64,000 bases of DNA from an uncultured Verrucomicrobiae bacterium. Lineage in GTDB: Bacteria > Verrucomicrobiota > Verrucomicrobiia > Limisphaerales > Palsa-1400. The position numbers were made by a program, and so were the translations under genes. Positions 1 through 10,600 of the stretch are shown here, piece by piece. The stretch is from positions 291,750-355,749 of the forward strand of contig CAVPOM010000003.1 of assembly GCA_963707025.1 (NCBI GenBank). The letters are read 5' to 3'. The notes under the pieces are model-generated. The model did not search any database. It was not told where the DNA came from and worked only from the letters and a program-made list of their open reading frames with translations. Every line of letters starts with the position of its first letter. Positions within the stretch are counted from its first letter, which is position 1.

Positions 1-42
1 TTTAAACGCCCGCTACGCTACATGATTTATGGAAATGCTCTA
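1..42 (+). mobile_element. Right end of a second copy of the IS630-family element (transposase 3' end, terminal IR, TA)
   Basis: Bases 1-42 are identical to 21463-21504, the right end of the complete IS630 in this window. Confidence 0.93.
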
Positions 43-50
43 ATTTAGAA

Positions 51-974
51 TTGACAATCACGACGGCGCTGGACAATTTTCCCCTGATGCCGACGGCGAT
101 CAGCGGCCTGACGGCGGCTCTGGGCACGAGCAATGACAGCGCGCCGGCCTGGGCGGACGCCAGCGCGCAGGAGGCGGCGGCGGCGGGGACTTTTGTCCAT
201 GATTGGACCTTCCCCGGCAATTACGACGGGACAGCGGCGACTTACACGCCGCCGGGGACGCCGCCGGGCGCGGCGCAGGCGGAGCTGGTTTTTCCGGCGC
301 TGCCCTATCAACGGACGGTGAATTTCTCCCCGGTCTATCCTGGCGGGGGCGCGATCAACAGCGTCTTCGCCATCGTGGCATCGCCCCCGGCGGTTTATCT
401 GCCGGGCCTGGTGAGCTGGGCCTGTTCGGCGAGTTCGTTGCAATGGGAGTTCGCGGCCTGGAGTTGGAATGCGAGCGTGGAATACAGTTTCGCCCTCGGC
501 CACTTTGGCGCGCTGGCCACGGCGCCGGGGACAATCACGCAGACGATCACGCTGGGCCGGCCTTACTCCTTAAGCGATGTGGCGGCGCAGGCGGCGGCCT
601 TGATGAGCGCCACGACCTTTGCCGCGATTGCCTGGGGAACGTCGTGGCAGAACACCTACGATGCCACCGGGGCGGTGGTCTCGACCCAGAATTTTGCGTT
701 CGATGTCACCAACGCCATCACGGCTTCCTGCCGGATCGGCACGGAGGTGAAGTGGGGCGCGGCGGTCAACGGGCTGTTCACCTCGGGGGCGGCTTCGTGT
801 TATTGCAGCAAAGCCCTGGTGGACGTGTGCGGCAATTATTGCCAGCGGACCTACCACTGCCCGACGGTGACGTGTGTTTCGGGCAATGTGGACGGATACG
901 CGCCGGTGGAGATTGACCCGCCGGGCACGCCGGGGGAATCTTCTGCGATTTACGCGGGGTGCCAATGCACCTGA
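51..974 (+). CDS. Hypothetical Ala/Thr/Gly-rich protein with Cys-rich C-terminus, probably 5'-truncated by IS630
   Basis: 307-aa ORF with host-like codon use; begins at a TTG 8 bp after the IS end with no RBS. Confidence 0.65.
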   Translation: MTITTALDNFPLMPTAISGLTAALGTSNDSAPAWADASAQEAAAAGTFVHDWTFPGNYDGTAATYTPPGTPPGAAQAELVFPALPYQRTVNFSPVYPGGGAINSVFAIVASPPAVYLPGLVSWACSASSLQWEFAAWSWNASVEYSFALGHFGALATAPGTITQTITLGRPYSLSDVAAQAAALMSATTFAAIAWGTSWQNTYDATGAVVSTQNFAFDVTNAITASCRIGTEVKWGAAVNGLFTSGAASCYCSKALVDVCGNYCQRTYHCPTVTCVSGNVDGYAPVEIDPPGTPGESSAIYAGCQCT

Positions 975-975
975 A

Positions 976-1110
976 GAAATGCAGAGTGCAGAATGCAAAA
1001 TGCAGAATGAAATGCGGCCTCCTCCGCAGAGCCTGCCACCTGCGCCGGGCCTTCGGTGGACAGGACGGTGGACGGGATGGTGGACAGGGAATGAAGAATG
1101 CAAAATGAAA
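976..1110 (+). repeat. Short tandem repeats: AATGCAR-type 7-mers (976-1015, 1090-1110) and GGTGGAC-core 12-mers (1055-1087)
   Basis: gaaatgcagagtgcagaatgcaaaatgcagaatgaaatgc; ggtggacaggac ggtggacgggat ggtggacaggga. Confidence 0.7.
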
Positions 1111-1331
1111 ATCAGCCCATCCTCCTGCGCCTCAGCCTCGCCGAAATCCACTCGCGCGGACGGGTCAGGACGCCGGGATATGTGGAGGCGCTGCTGGCGG
1201 CGGGGCGGGCGGACGCGGACGGGGTGCATTGGCTGGTGCCGCTGGCGGCGCTGCGGGAGGTGTGGGCCCGCCATGGCGCGCCGGGCTTGGACCTGGAGCA
1301 TGGGGGCGGCTGCGGCGGATGCGGCTCCTGA
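1098..1331 (+). CDS. Small hypothetical protein ending in GGGCGGCGS
   Basis: 77-aa ORF with plausible composition and a terminal CxxC motif. Confidence 0.55.
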   Translation: MQNENQPILLRLSLAEIHSRGRVRTPGYVEALLAAGRADADGVHWLVPLAALREVWARHGAPGLDLEHGGGCGGCGS

Positions 1332-1483
1332 AACGGGGCGGGCTTTTGGCCGGCGCACAGTCAAACACAATGTTGCCATGCCGGGAACCAGGCCCTTTGC
1401 CAGGCGCGTGTGCTCCCCGGAACGGGCCGGGTTTTGCGCTGGCGGCTTGTGGAAAGGGCGGGGGGATGGCATGGTGGCGGGGC

Positions 1484-2041
1484 TTGAAAATACTCGTCGC
1501 CATGACCGGGGCCAGCGGGGCCATCTACGCGCAGCGCCTGCTGGATAATCTGGATCCGGGCCGGCACGAAATCCATGTGGTGCTGAGCCATTACGCGCAG
1601 GTGGTGCTGGCGGAGGAGCTGCCGGGCGGCCTGCGCCTGGCGGCCGGGGTGACGACGCACGGCCTGAAAAGCATGAACGCGCCCTTCGCCAGCGGCTCCA
1701 ATCCAGTGGACGCCATGGTGGTGATCCCCTGCACCATGGGCACGGCGGGACGGATCGCGCACGGGTTCAGCGAGGACATTTTGCTGCGGGCGGCGGACGT
1801 GACGCTGAAGGAGAAGCGCAAGCTGATCCTGGTGCCGCGGGAAACGCCGCTGAGCCTGATTCATGTCAGGAATTTTGAGCTGCTCCTGCTGGCGGGGGCG
1901 GTCATTCTGCCGGCCAATCCGTCCTTTTATCATCGTCCGGCCAGCATTGAGCAAGTGGTGGACAGCGTGGTGGGGCGGGTGCTGGATCATCTGGGAATTG
2001 GGCACGGGCTGGTGCCGCGCTGGCAAGAAGAAAAGGAGTGA
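1484..2041 (+). CDS. ubiX: UbiX-family flavin prenyltransferase
   Basis: KILVAMTGASGAIY, ASGS, PCTMGT, LILVPRETPL and PANPSFY motifs; TTG start inferred. Confidence 0.93.
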   Translation: MKILVAMTGASGAIYAQRLLDNLDPGRHEIHVVLSHYAQVVLAEELPGGLRLAAGVTTHGLKSMNAPFASGSNPVDAMVVIPCTMGTAGRIAHGFSEDILLRAADVTLKEKRKLILVPRETPLSLIHVRNFELLLLAGAVILPANPSFYHRPASIEQVVDSVVGRVLDHLGIGHGLVPRWQEEKE

Positions 2042-2065
2042 GGCCGCCACAGCCGAGGACGCAGG

Positions 2066-2989
2066 ATGTTTTTCTCGAAAATACGGAAATGGGCCGGGTT
2101 CATCAAGCTGTCGCACACGGTGTTTGCCCTGCCCTTTGCCCTGGCGGGGATGGCAGTGGCGGCGCGGGAGCAGCGCGGCTGGCCGGGCTGGCGGAAGTTC
2201 CTGCTGATCCTGGCGGCGATGTTTTGCGCGCGGACCTGCGCCATGGCCTTCAACCGCATCGCGGACCGGGAACTCGACCGGGCCAATCCGCGCACGGCGG
2301 GGCGGCCCCTGGCGGCGGGGGAGATTTCGGCGGCGGGGGCGTGGGCGCTATGTTTGACAGGGGCGGCCGGGCTGGTGCTGGCGAGCTGGCTGCTCAATGA
2401 TGTCTGCGCGGCGCTGTCGCCGGTGGCGCTGGTCATCGTGTGTTTTTATTCGCTGACCAAACGGTTCACCGATTTCAGCCATGTTTTCCTGGGGGTGGCG
2501 CTGGGGCTGGCGCCGGTCGGGGCCTGGCTGGCGGTGAAGGGGAGTTTTCATTTTTTCCCGGACGGGGCCAGGACGCTGGAGAACAGCGCCATCCTGCCGC
2601 TGCTGCTGGGGGCGGGGGTGGTGTTCTGGCTGGTGGGCTTCGACATTATTTACGCGCTGCAGGACTATGAGTTTGACCGGGCGCACGGCCTGCATTCGCT
2701 GGTGGTGCGGTGGGGTGTCAACAATGCGCTGGCCGCGTCGTTTTTGTCGCACATGATCATGTGGCTGGTGTTGATGGTGTTCGGATTGCTGGCCCGCTTC
2801 CGGCTGGCCTATTATGTCGGGCTGGTTTTTATTCTGGGCTGCCTGTTCATGGAACACTGGCTGGCGCGGCGGCGGAGCTTGAACTGGATCAACCAGGCCT
2901 TTTTCCGGCTCAACGCCGTGATCAGCGTGGTGTTCGTGGTGGTGACGCTGACGGAAATCGTGTTTCCATTCCTGCGCTTTAGAAGGTGA
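2066..2989 (+). CDS. UbiA-family polyprenyltransferase (MqnP-like)
   Basis: FIKLSHTVFALPF, AMAFNRIADRELDRANPRT and GFDIIYALQDYEFD motifs; multiple TM segments. Confidence 0.9.
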   Translation: MFFSKIRKWAGFIKLSHTVFALPFALAGMAVAAREQRGWPGWRKFLLILAAMFCARTCAMAFNRIADRELDRANPRTAGRPLAAGEISAAGAWALCLTGAAGLVLASWLLNDVCAALSPVALVIVCFYSLTKRFTDFSHVFLGVALGLAPVGAWLAVKGSFHFFPDGARTLENSAILPLLLGAGVVFWLVGFDIIYALQDYEFDRAHGLHSLVVRWGVNNALAASFLSHMIMWLVLMVFGLLARFRLAYYVGLVFILGCLFMEHWLARRRSLNWINQAFFRLNAVISVVFVVVTLTEIVFPFLRFRR

Positions 2990-3123
2990 ACTTTTTTTGA
3001 GGCGGAGCGGACCAGGACCAAGCCGGCAAAGGCAGGGGTCGGTGTCTTAATTTGTTTTTTCGGGCGTTCTCCGATTGCGTTCAATGGGTTACGCACGAAA
3101 TTGCCGCATGGGTTGTATTACAG

Positions 3124-3725
3124 TCATTTTTGCACTGGCCCGGCATTGGTTAAAAGCCCGTATCCGGCGGCGATAAAACCGCCGTTCGTCAAAAAAGTAG
3201 AAACCCTCCAAAATTGGTTTGTTTGCGGCGGTATCTGGAAAGTTTTTGGCCAGTTCTTGTTCACAATAAGGACAATTTCTCCACCCATAGTTTGCAAAGG
3301 CGATGTGGCTTCATCCTTCCCGAGTCCCTCAATCTGCACAAAACTCAGGTCGTTAAACGTCACCCTATTTGGGTTCCGAAATCCATCCTGCTTGGTGGAG
3401 TCAAATGTCAAATCAAAACAGATGTTTGGAACGTATGGCTTATTTCTGCGGATACCCAAAGCTTCTCCAGAAAGCGTCCCCACAAAAACCACATGCCCGA
3501 TAAGCACCATTTCTGCGAACCCTTCTTCCAGTGATATGTTAGGCCGCTGCCCTAAAACCAACAGAGCGGTCTCGCCCTTTTTACTATCCAAATCACTGAA
3601 CTGCGGCTCATCGTTGCGAAAGGCATCATGGAAATTCAGTAATTTCTTCGCAAATTCCATTTCTCGACCGTCCTTGGGTCGAATCTCGATGCGGGCATAT
3701 CCAGAGATAGAATTGATTGGGAGAT
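3124..3725 (-). pseudogene. Low-GC hypothetical gene lacking its 5' end, cut by IS3
   Basis: Open frame runs up into the IS3 left IR; AT-rich relative to the flanks. Confidence 0.6.
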
Positions 3726-3806
3726 TGAGGGGGTCCCCAAAAACTAGACCACTGCTGAAGAAGATAGACTTTTGTTGGTCTGCTGGAAATGAGAGAAAGC
3801 AGACTG

Positions 3807-4097
3807 ATGAAAACAAAACGGAAGCGGCACAGTGCGGCCTTCAAGGCCAAAGTGGGATTCGAAGCCCTGGTGGGGCTTAAGACGGTCGCGCAGCTGGCGC
3901 GAGAGTACGCGGTGCATCCGACCCAGGTCACGCAATGGAAAGCGACGATTCGCGACCGGTTGCCCGACCTGTTTGAGGCGGGGCATGCGGGCAGCGCAGA
4001 CCAGGAGGAGTTGATCGGGCAATTGCACCAGAAGATCGGGCAGTTGACGGTGGACCTGGACTGGCTGAAAAAAAAATCCAAACAACTGGGCCTTTAA
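3807..4097 (+). CDS. IS3 transposase OrfA (HTH)
   Basis: KRHSAAFKAKV...LAREYAVHPTQVTQWK...LDWLKKKS. Confidence 0.93.
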   Translation: MKTKRKRHSAAFKAKVGFEALVGLKTVAQLAREYAVHPTQVTQWKATIRDRLPDLFEAGHAGSADQEELIGQLHQKIGQLTVDLDWLKKKSKQLGL

Positions 4098-4111
4098 AGA
4101 GCCTGGCGGAG

Positions 4112-4993
4112 TTGGTCGGCCCGGATGCGCAGGTGAGCGTGCGGCATCAGTGCGACCTGCTGGATTTATGCCGGAGCAGTTACTATTACCAACCGTGCCC
4201 CGAGACGCCGGAGAATCTGGCGCTGATGCGGCGTTTGGACCAGTTGCACTTGGACCATCCGGTCTATGGCAGCCGCAAGTTGCGGGTGCTGTTGGGCCGG
4301 GAGGGCTGGGAAGTCAATCGCAAGCGGGTGGTGCGGCTGTTGCGGGTCATGGGCATCGAGGCCATCTACCGCAAACCCCGGACCAGCCTGCCGGGGCCGG
4401 GCCATCAGATCTATCCGTATCTGTTGGGCGAGTTGGAGATCACCGGGCCCGATCAGGCTTGGTGCGCGGACATCACCTATGTGCCGATGGCACAGGGGTT
4501 TATGTATCTGGTGGCGGTGATGGATTGGTGGAGCCGGTATGTGCTGGCGTGGCGCTTGAGCAACACGTTGGAGAGCGCCTTCTGCGTGGACGCCTGGGAA
4601 GCGGCGCTGCAGAGCGGGCGGAAGGCCCCGCTGATCGCCAACACCGACCAGGGGTCGCAGTTCACTTCGCCGCTGTATATCAACGCGGTGGAATCGGCGG
4701 GGGTGGACGTGAGCATGGATGGCCGGGGGCGGTGGATGGACAACCGGTTTATCGAGCGGTTGTGGCGGAGCGTCAAGCATGAGGACATATATCTGCAAGA
4801 TTACCTGGACGGGATCGAGGCCGGGCGCGGGCTGGCGCGCTGGTTTGAGGATTACAACCGGTTGCGTCCGCACGCGGCTTTGCACTATGCGACGCCCGCG
4901 GCCGTGTATTCTGATCCCGGGGCCTACGGAGCCCAACCGGCCCGATGGGAAGCGATGCAGCCCAAGGAGGGCTGGCCGGCCGGAAAAACTTGA
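4112..4993 (+). CDS. IS3 transposase OrfB (DDE/rve), in -1 frame to OrfA
   Basis: WCADITY, NTDQGSQFTS, SMDGRGRWMDNRFIERLWRSVK; frame stays open back to the A9 run. Confidence 0.95.
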   Translation: MVGPDAQVSVRHQCDLLDLCRSSYYYQPCPETPENLALMRRLDQLHLDHPVYGSRKLRVLLGREGWEVNRKRVVRLLRVMGIEAIYRKPRTSLPGPGHQIYPYLLGELEITGPDQAWCADITYVPMAQGFMYLVAVMDWWSRYVLAWRLSNTLESAFCVDAWEAALQSGRKAPLIANTDQGSQFTSPLYINAVESAGVDVSMDGRGRWMDNRFIERLWRSVKHEDIYLQDYLDGIEAGRGLARWFEDYNRLRPHAALHYATPAAVYSDPGAYGAQPARWEAMQPKEGWPAGKT

Positions 4994-5201
4994 AATCAGA
5001 CCGCCTGCGGCGGTAAGGTTGGAAACCCTAAGAAAACGGAGAGGGAGGACGGGCGGTGCCAGGCGCGGCTCGTTCTCTCTTTTCGAAAGGGTTTGGAAGC
5101 GCGGAATGAACAACAGACAAACAAAAATACAAATGACAGCGGACCTCCAGAGTCTATCTTATTCTCCGCGCTCCGTGGTCTAAAGGATGGGGTCCACCTC
5201 A

Positions 5202-5595
5202 AATCGCCAGGTTTCGTTGTCCCTCTGGGCGTAATCAGGCTTGATGATCGGCCTGGGTCAATAAGCTTTTCAAGTTCTATCGGTCTTCCGCTCAATTCAG
5301 CTATTTTCTTTCGTTTCTGCCCCCTCTCAAGGATCGCCCATGATGTGCTTAAGCCAGCAATCACCCATGCAACCCATTGATTTATCGCCACACTTGCTAA
5401 TAATTTTTCTGCGAACTTAGCCATGGTCACTTTACCACTCAGCGCCTTAATTGATTCGTTGGCATAATGCGCCCAAAAAATAAGCACCAGACCCCATATT
5501 GCCACTTTCACAATCGCAACTGACGCTTCAATCACTTTAACCATCAGCGTAGTTTTATATTGCATCTCCGCTTTGGATAATGGAGGTTTGCCCAT
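5202..5595 (-). CDS. Low-GC hypothetical membrane protein whose 3' end runs into IS3
   Basis: Two hydrophobic segments, then LEKLIDPGRSSSLITPRGTTKPGD at the IS junction. Confidence 0.6.
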
Positions 5596-5775
5596 GTGCC
5601 ACAGTAAATCAAAACCCCCAAAAACTGTCAATTAGAATCACTGGTAAAGAACAGCCCTTTCCACAACCATTTTAGCACAACTCATGCCAAAGTCAATAGT
5701 GCAACAATCTAATTATTCAACCAAAACGGATTGAGTCAAACAACCCGGAAGCGCACCATGACCCTAAATGAGGAT

Positions 5776-5830
5776 GGCAGGGCGCGCACTCCGTGCGCGC
5801 CGCGGCGGGCAACGGAGTGCCCGCCCTACC
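5776..5830. repeat. REPIN-like inverted pair (GTAG-type REP)
   Basis: GGCAGGGCGCGCACTCCG (5776-5793) and CGGAGTGCCCGCCCTACC (5813-5830) are 16/18 reverse complements, each with an internal hairpin. Confidence 0.75.
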
Positions 5831-6121
5831 TTTCGCGGCACATCCATGACGGACGAGTTGCCAAGAATTGTTGCGGGGCCGGCGCCCTGCGCCGAGTTCG
5901 AGCCACAGGCTCGACGCTACACCGTTGGAAGGAACGAACCGCCAGCCATGAACCCGCGGCAAACTCCCTCTCCACGGCCCTGCTCCTCCACGAGGGTGCG
6001 GAGTAGAGGGGAAGACGCACGGGGTCCCATACCTTTTCCAGTTCGTAACGGCACTATGGCGAAGGCGATTGGCGACGGTCGCAGAACGCCGCTACAGTGG
6101 GAGAGCAAACTGGAAACGGGG

Positions 6122-6307
6122 TCAATCTTCGGGGCGCTCGCCGCTGGGGGCCATCTTGACCAGCTTGGGATCGAATTGGCCCAGCACGGTGACCAGGTCT
6201 TGCTGGGCGGCCATGACCTGGCGAATGTTCTTGCAGGCCATGGGCACTTCGTCCAGGCCGGCGGAAATCAGGGTGACGCCGGCCTGTTTGAGAAAACGGC
6301 TTACGTC
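6122..6307 (-). pseudogene. rtcB: 3'-terminal remnant of an RtcB-family RNA ligase
   Basis: Own translation: DVSRFLKQAGVTLISAGLDEVPMACKNIRQVMAAQQDLVTVLGQFDPKLVKMAPSGERPED*. This resembles the RtcB C-terminal DExPxAYK motif and is preceded by an in-frame TAG. Confidence 0.75.
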
Positions 6308-6323
6308 CTATCAGGCCGGGAGA

Positions 6324-7616
6324 TCAATGGAGCTGGCCGATTTGGAAATCCAGGGCGGCGCGCTGGATGTGGTAATCGTAACGCGCGCCGGCTTCCTCAA
6401 TTTGGGCGGAGGTTTGGTTCAACTCCGCCTGGCTCAATTCCACGATGGAATTGAGGCCGAGGTTGAAGCGGGCCTGGGCCAGTTGCAAGGCCTGGTTGGC
6501 GTTTTGCAACAGGCTGGCCGTCAGCGCAATGCGGGCGAAGGAATAGTCGAGGTTGAGCTTGGAAATCTGGGTGTCGCGCGCGATGGTGTTTTCCTGGTCG
6601 CGCACGGTCTGGCCGGCGGCATCGGCCAGCAAGGCGGCCTCGCGCTGGCGGGCCTGATAAAGACCGCCGGTGAAGAGCGGGAAATTGAGGTTGACGCCGG
6701 CGGCGGCGTAATTGTCCCCCAGGCGCGAATCGCCCAGCGGCATCAGGCCGCCGCCGGCCAGGGCGCTGAGGGTGGGGTAACTCAACTTGTTTTCGGCGCG
6801 CGCGAATTCCTTGGCGGCGTCGCGCTGGTAGCGGGCGCGGGCCAGGTCGGGCCGGTTGGCCAGGGCCAGGACGATGAGGTCCGGGCCGCTGTTGGTGACC
6901 AATTCGGGCATCGGCTCCTCGGCCAGGTCAAAGCTTTGGGGCTGGCGCTCGCCCAGCACGGTGGAGAGGCTGGCGAAGGCCGATTGCAAATCCTTGTCCG
7001 CCTTGGCCACGAGGAGATGGGCTTGATCGAGGTCCACGCTGGCAAAGCTGACATCCAGCTCGGACCTCGTTTTGGCGGTGGCGGCCAGTGCCTGGGTCTG
7101 GCGCAGGACGACCGTGCGTTCATTTTCTGTTTGACGCGCGGTGGCCAGAATGGCCTGCGATTCCAAGGCGGAGAAATAAGCGGCATTGACCTCGAGCAGA
7201 ATTTCCTCACGGGTCGCCTCCCGGTTCATTTCCTCGGCGCGGGCGCGCAGACTGGAGCTGCGGGTCAGTTCGGAGGTCCGGCCAAAATCGGTGAGGAGCT
7301 GGGCGATGGTAATGCCCTCGGCCTCACGCTGGAAGACATTGGGATTATTGAGGTAGCCGGCGGAGACGTGGGTGTTGTTGGGGTCGGCCGTTCCGACCGC
7401 CGTGGCGCTGGCGTAGATGTTGGGAAGAAACGCGGCGCGGACCTCTTTGACAGATTGCCGGGCGGCCAGGGCCTGAAGATTGGCGACGGAAATGCGGGGG
7501 TGTTGGGCCAGAGCGATGTCTTCGGCTTCCCGCAAGCTCAGGCGCCGCGGGGCATCGGCGGCGGGCAGAGAGCCGGCGGCGCAGAGCAAGAGCATAAAGC
7601 AAGCGGCTTTTTTCAT
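6324..7616 (-). CDS. TolC-family outer membrane efflux protein
   Basis: Signal peptide, LSLREAEDIALAQHP, two OEP repeats; lies downstream of an RND pump. Confidence 0.92.
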   Translation of the reverse strand: MKKAACFMLLLCAAGSLPAADAPRRLSLREAEDIALAQHPRISVANLQALAARQSVKEVRAAFLPNIYASATAVGTADPNNTHVSAGYLNNPNVFQREAEGITIAQLLTDFGRTSELTRSSSLRARAEEMNREATREEILLEVNAAYFSALESQAILATARQTENERTVVLRQTQALAATAKTRSELDVSFASVDLDQAHLLVAKADKDLQSAFASLSTVLGERQPQSFDLAEEPMPELVTNSGPDLIVLALANRPDLARARYQRDAAKEFARAENKLSYPTLSALAGGGLMPLGDSRLGDNYAAAGVNLNFPLFTGGLYQARQREAALLADAAGQTVRDQENTIARDTQISKLNLDYSFARIALTASLLQNANQALQLAQARFNLGLNSIVELSQAELNQTSAQIEEAGARYDYHIQRAALDFQIGQLH

Positions 7617-10600
7617 GAGGCGGGATGGACCTTGAGTCCGGCGGAACGGGCGGCATCGTGTTTGCCATAGAGGATCAGGTAAGCGGCCGGGACGATGAAC
7701 ACGGTCAGCACCACCGAAACAGCCAGTCCGCCGATGATGGCCCGGGCCAGAGGCGCGTAGGCCTCGCTGCCGGTGCCCAGCTTGAGTGCCATCGGAATGC
7801 AGGCCGATTAAGCGTGGCCAGCGAGGTCATCAGCACCGGACGCAGCCGCACCCGGCAGGCCAGCGACACGGCCTCCCGCAACGGCCGTCCTTCTTCCCGC
7901 AGCCGGCTGGTAAATTCCACGATCAGGATGCTGTTGGAAACCACGATGCCCACCATCATCACCACGCCCATCAGCGACATGACGTTCAGCGTCGTGCCGG
8001 TCAGCCAACAGGATGAGCAGCACTCCGGTCAGCCCGGTCGGCACCGCCAGCAGAATCAGCAACGGATCCACGAAGGACTTGAACTGCGCGACCAGGATCA
8101 GATAAACCAGCAGCGTCGACAGGATCAGCCCCAGCCCGAAACTGCGTGAAGGAGGAGCGCATGGCCTGCACCGAGCCGCGCACGGCGATCTTCATGTTTT
8201 CCGGCAATACGAGTTGCCTGAATGATCTTTTGCACGCCGGCATAGACCCGGCTCAAGTCCTCGCCCGCGGGGGCGACATAAACATCCACGGCGCGCCGGA
8301 TCTGGTAGTGGTCCACCTCGGTGGGGCTGAGGATGTGGGAGATGCGGACGACCGAGTCCAGCCGGGTCGGCTCCTTGAGGTGGGGCGCGCGCAAGGGCAT
8401 CGAGCCAAGGTCGGCCAGATTTTTCACGATGTTCTCCGGGTATTGGACGGTCAGCAAGTAGTCGTTGCCGGTCTTGGGGTCAATCCAGTAGCTGGGCGCG
8501 ATCATGCCGTCGGAGGTCAGCGCGGTGATGAGGCTGTCCACGACTTCCTTGGCGCTGAGGCCCAGTTCGCTGGCGCGCTCGCGGTCAATGTCAATTTTCA
8601 ACGCCGGATAATCCACGTCCTGCGGCACCAGCACGTCGCTGACGCCCGGCAGTGCGCGCACTTGCTGGGCGATTTTGGTGGCGACGGCGTGCGTCGGCCG
8701 TGCAGGTCCATGCCGCTGACTTGGATGTCCAGCGGCGCGGGCATGCCCTGGTTGAGGATGGCGTCCACCAGGCCGCCGGTCTGGAAATAGGCGCTGAGTT
8801 GCGGCAACTCCTTTTGGAGACTGGCGCGGACCAGGTTCATGTAGGCAAAGCTGCTGCAGTTCGATGGCCGTCGTTTAGCCCGACCTGGACAAAGGCGGTG
8901 TGCGGGCCGGAGTTGGGGGTGAGGATGGAGGAAAAGCCGGGCGTGATGCCGATGTTGGAGACGATGATTTTGAGGTCGCGCTTGGGCACGACCTCGCGGA
9001 CGATGTCCTCGACCTGGCCGACCAATTGGTCGGTCAGTTCCAGGCGCGTGCCGGAGGGCGCTTTGACATTGATGACGAACTGGCCGGGATCGGTGCGCGG
9101 GAAGTAGGCCTTGCCGACCAGCGGATAGAGCGCCAGGCTGAGCAGAAAGACGCCGGTGATGCCGAGCACGGTGGCCAGCGGGCGCAGCAGGGCGATGTTC
9201 AAGCACGCCCTCGTAGCGGTCGAGCATCTGGTGGAATTTGTGGTTGAACCAGGCGTTGAAGCGCGCGCCCCAGCTTTTCCTGGGCGCTGGCACGCCCGGC
9301 TCCTCTCCGAGTTCCTCGTCGGCATCGTGCCTTTTGATCAGCTTGGCGCAGAACAGCGGCACCACCGTCATGGCCACGAAATAGGAGGCGAACAGCGAGA
9401 GCACCACCGACAAGCGCCAGGCGCCGAAACAGATAGCGGCTGACGCCGTAAAGGAAGGTGACCGGAAAGAAGACAACGACCGTGGTCAGGGTCGCCGCCA
9501 GCACCGGCAGGGCGACTTCCTTGCCGCCGCGTTCGGCGGCGACCTCGGGCGGCTCGCCCATTTCCAGGTGGCGGAAAATGTTTTCCAGGACGACGACCGA
9601 GTTGTCGATCAGCCGGGAAAAGGCCAGGGCCAGCCCGCCCAGAACCATGGCGTTGATGGTGCTGTTGCCCAGATCCAAGGCGAATAAAGGCCGCCAGGGC
9701 CGAGAGCGGAATGGAAAGGAACACCGCCGCCGTCGCCCGCAGGCTGCCCAGAAAGATCAGAATCATCAGCCCGGTCAGGACCAAGCCGATGGTGCCTTCA
9801 TGGATCAGGTTTTCAATGGCCGCTGCGACAAACACCGACTGGTCGAAGACGACGTCTGCGTGCACCAGTTGCTTGGGCACGTCCAGCAGTTTGGCAACGA
9901 CGTCTTTGACGCCGTCGACCACCGCGATGGTGTTGGCCTCGCCCCCCTGCTTCAGGACCGGGAGATACACCGAAGGCTGGCCGTTCATGCGCACTTTGTT
10001 ATAACTGGATTTGCGAGGCGTCCTGGGCCTTGCCCACATCGGCCACCAGCACCGAGGCGTCGCCCACCGTCTTCAGCGGCACCAGGTTGATGTCTTTCAT
10101 GGCGTTGATCTGGCTGTTGGCATAGAGGTTGTAGTCGTAAGGCCCGATCTTCACGTCGCCCGCCGGCAGAATGAGGTTGGCCTCGTTGACCGCGCGCACC
10201 ACATCCATGACGCTCAACTGATGCGCCTCCAGTTTGAGGGGGTCCACATAAACCATGATCTGGCGATAGCGTCCGCCGAAGGCGGCGGCACGGAGGCCCC
10301 CGGCACGCCGGCCATCTGGTTGCGCACGTTGAACTGGCCCAGGTCGCGCAGCTGCGCTTCGCTCAGGCCCTCGCCTTTCAAGGTGACCAGGCAGACCGGC
10401 AGGCTGGAGGCGTCGAATTTCAACACGACCGGCGGCAGGGTGCCCGGCGGCAGCTAACGCAGGTTGGCCATGGCCAGGTTGGCGATGCTCGTCACGGCCG
10501 AATCCGGATTGGAGCCGGGCTGGAAATAGACCTTGATCAGACTGACGCCCGGCAGCGAGCGGGACTCCATGTGGTCGATGCCGGTGGCCAGCGTGAAGAA

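Larger units (their letters stand above)
3726..5201 (+). mobile_element. IS3-family insertion sequence (1476 bp)
   Basis: TG...CA ends with imperfect 27-bp IRs (tgagggggtccccaaaaactagaccac / gtggtctaaaggatggggtccacctca); orfA/orfB with an A9 slippery run at 4068-4076. Confidence 0.93.

Noticed and set aside
976..1110. CRISPR array (also considered for 20436, 28308 and 30242)
   Set aside because: Units are 6-12 bp without unique spacers; no cas genes
6069..7670. Long plus-strand ORF, and similar ones at 24806-26782, 37039-38985, 44905-47517 and 57689-59236
   Set aside because: Antisense shadows of well-supported genes in high-GC DNA
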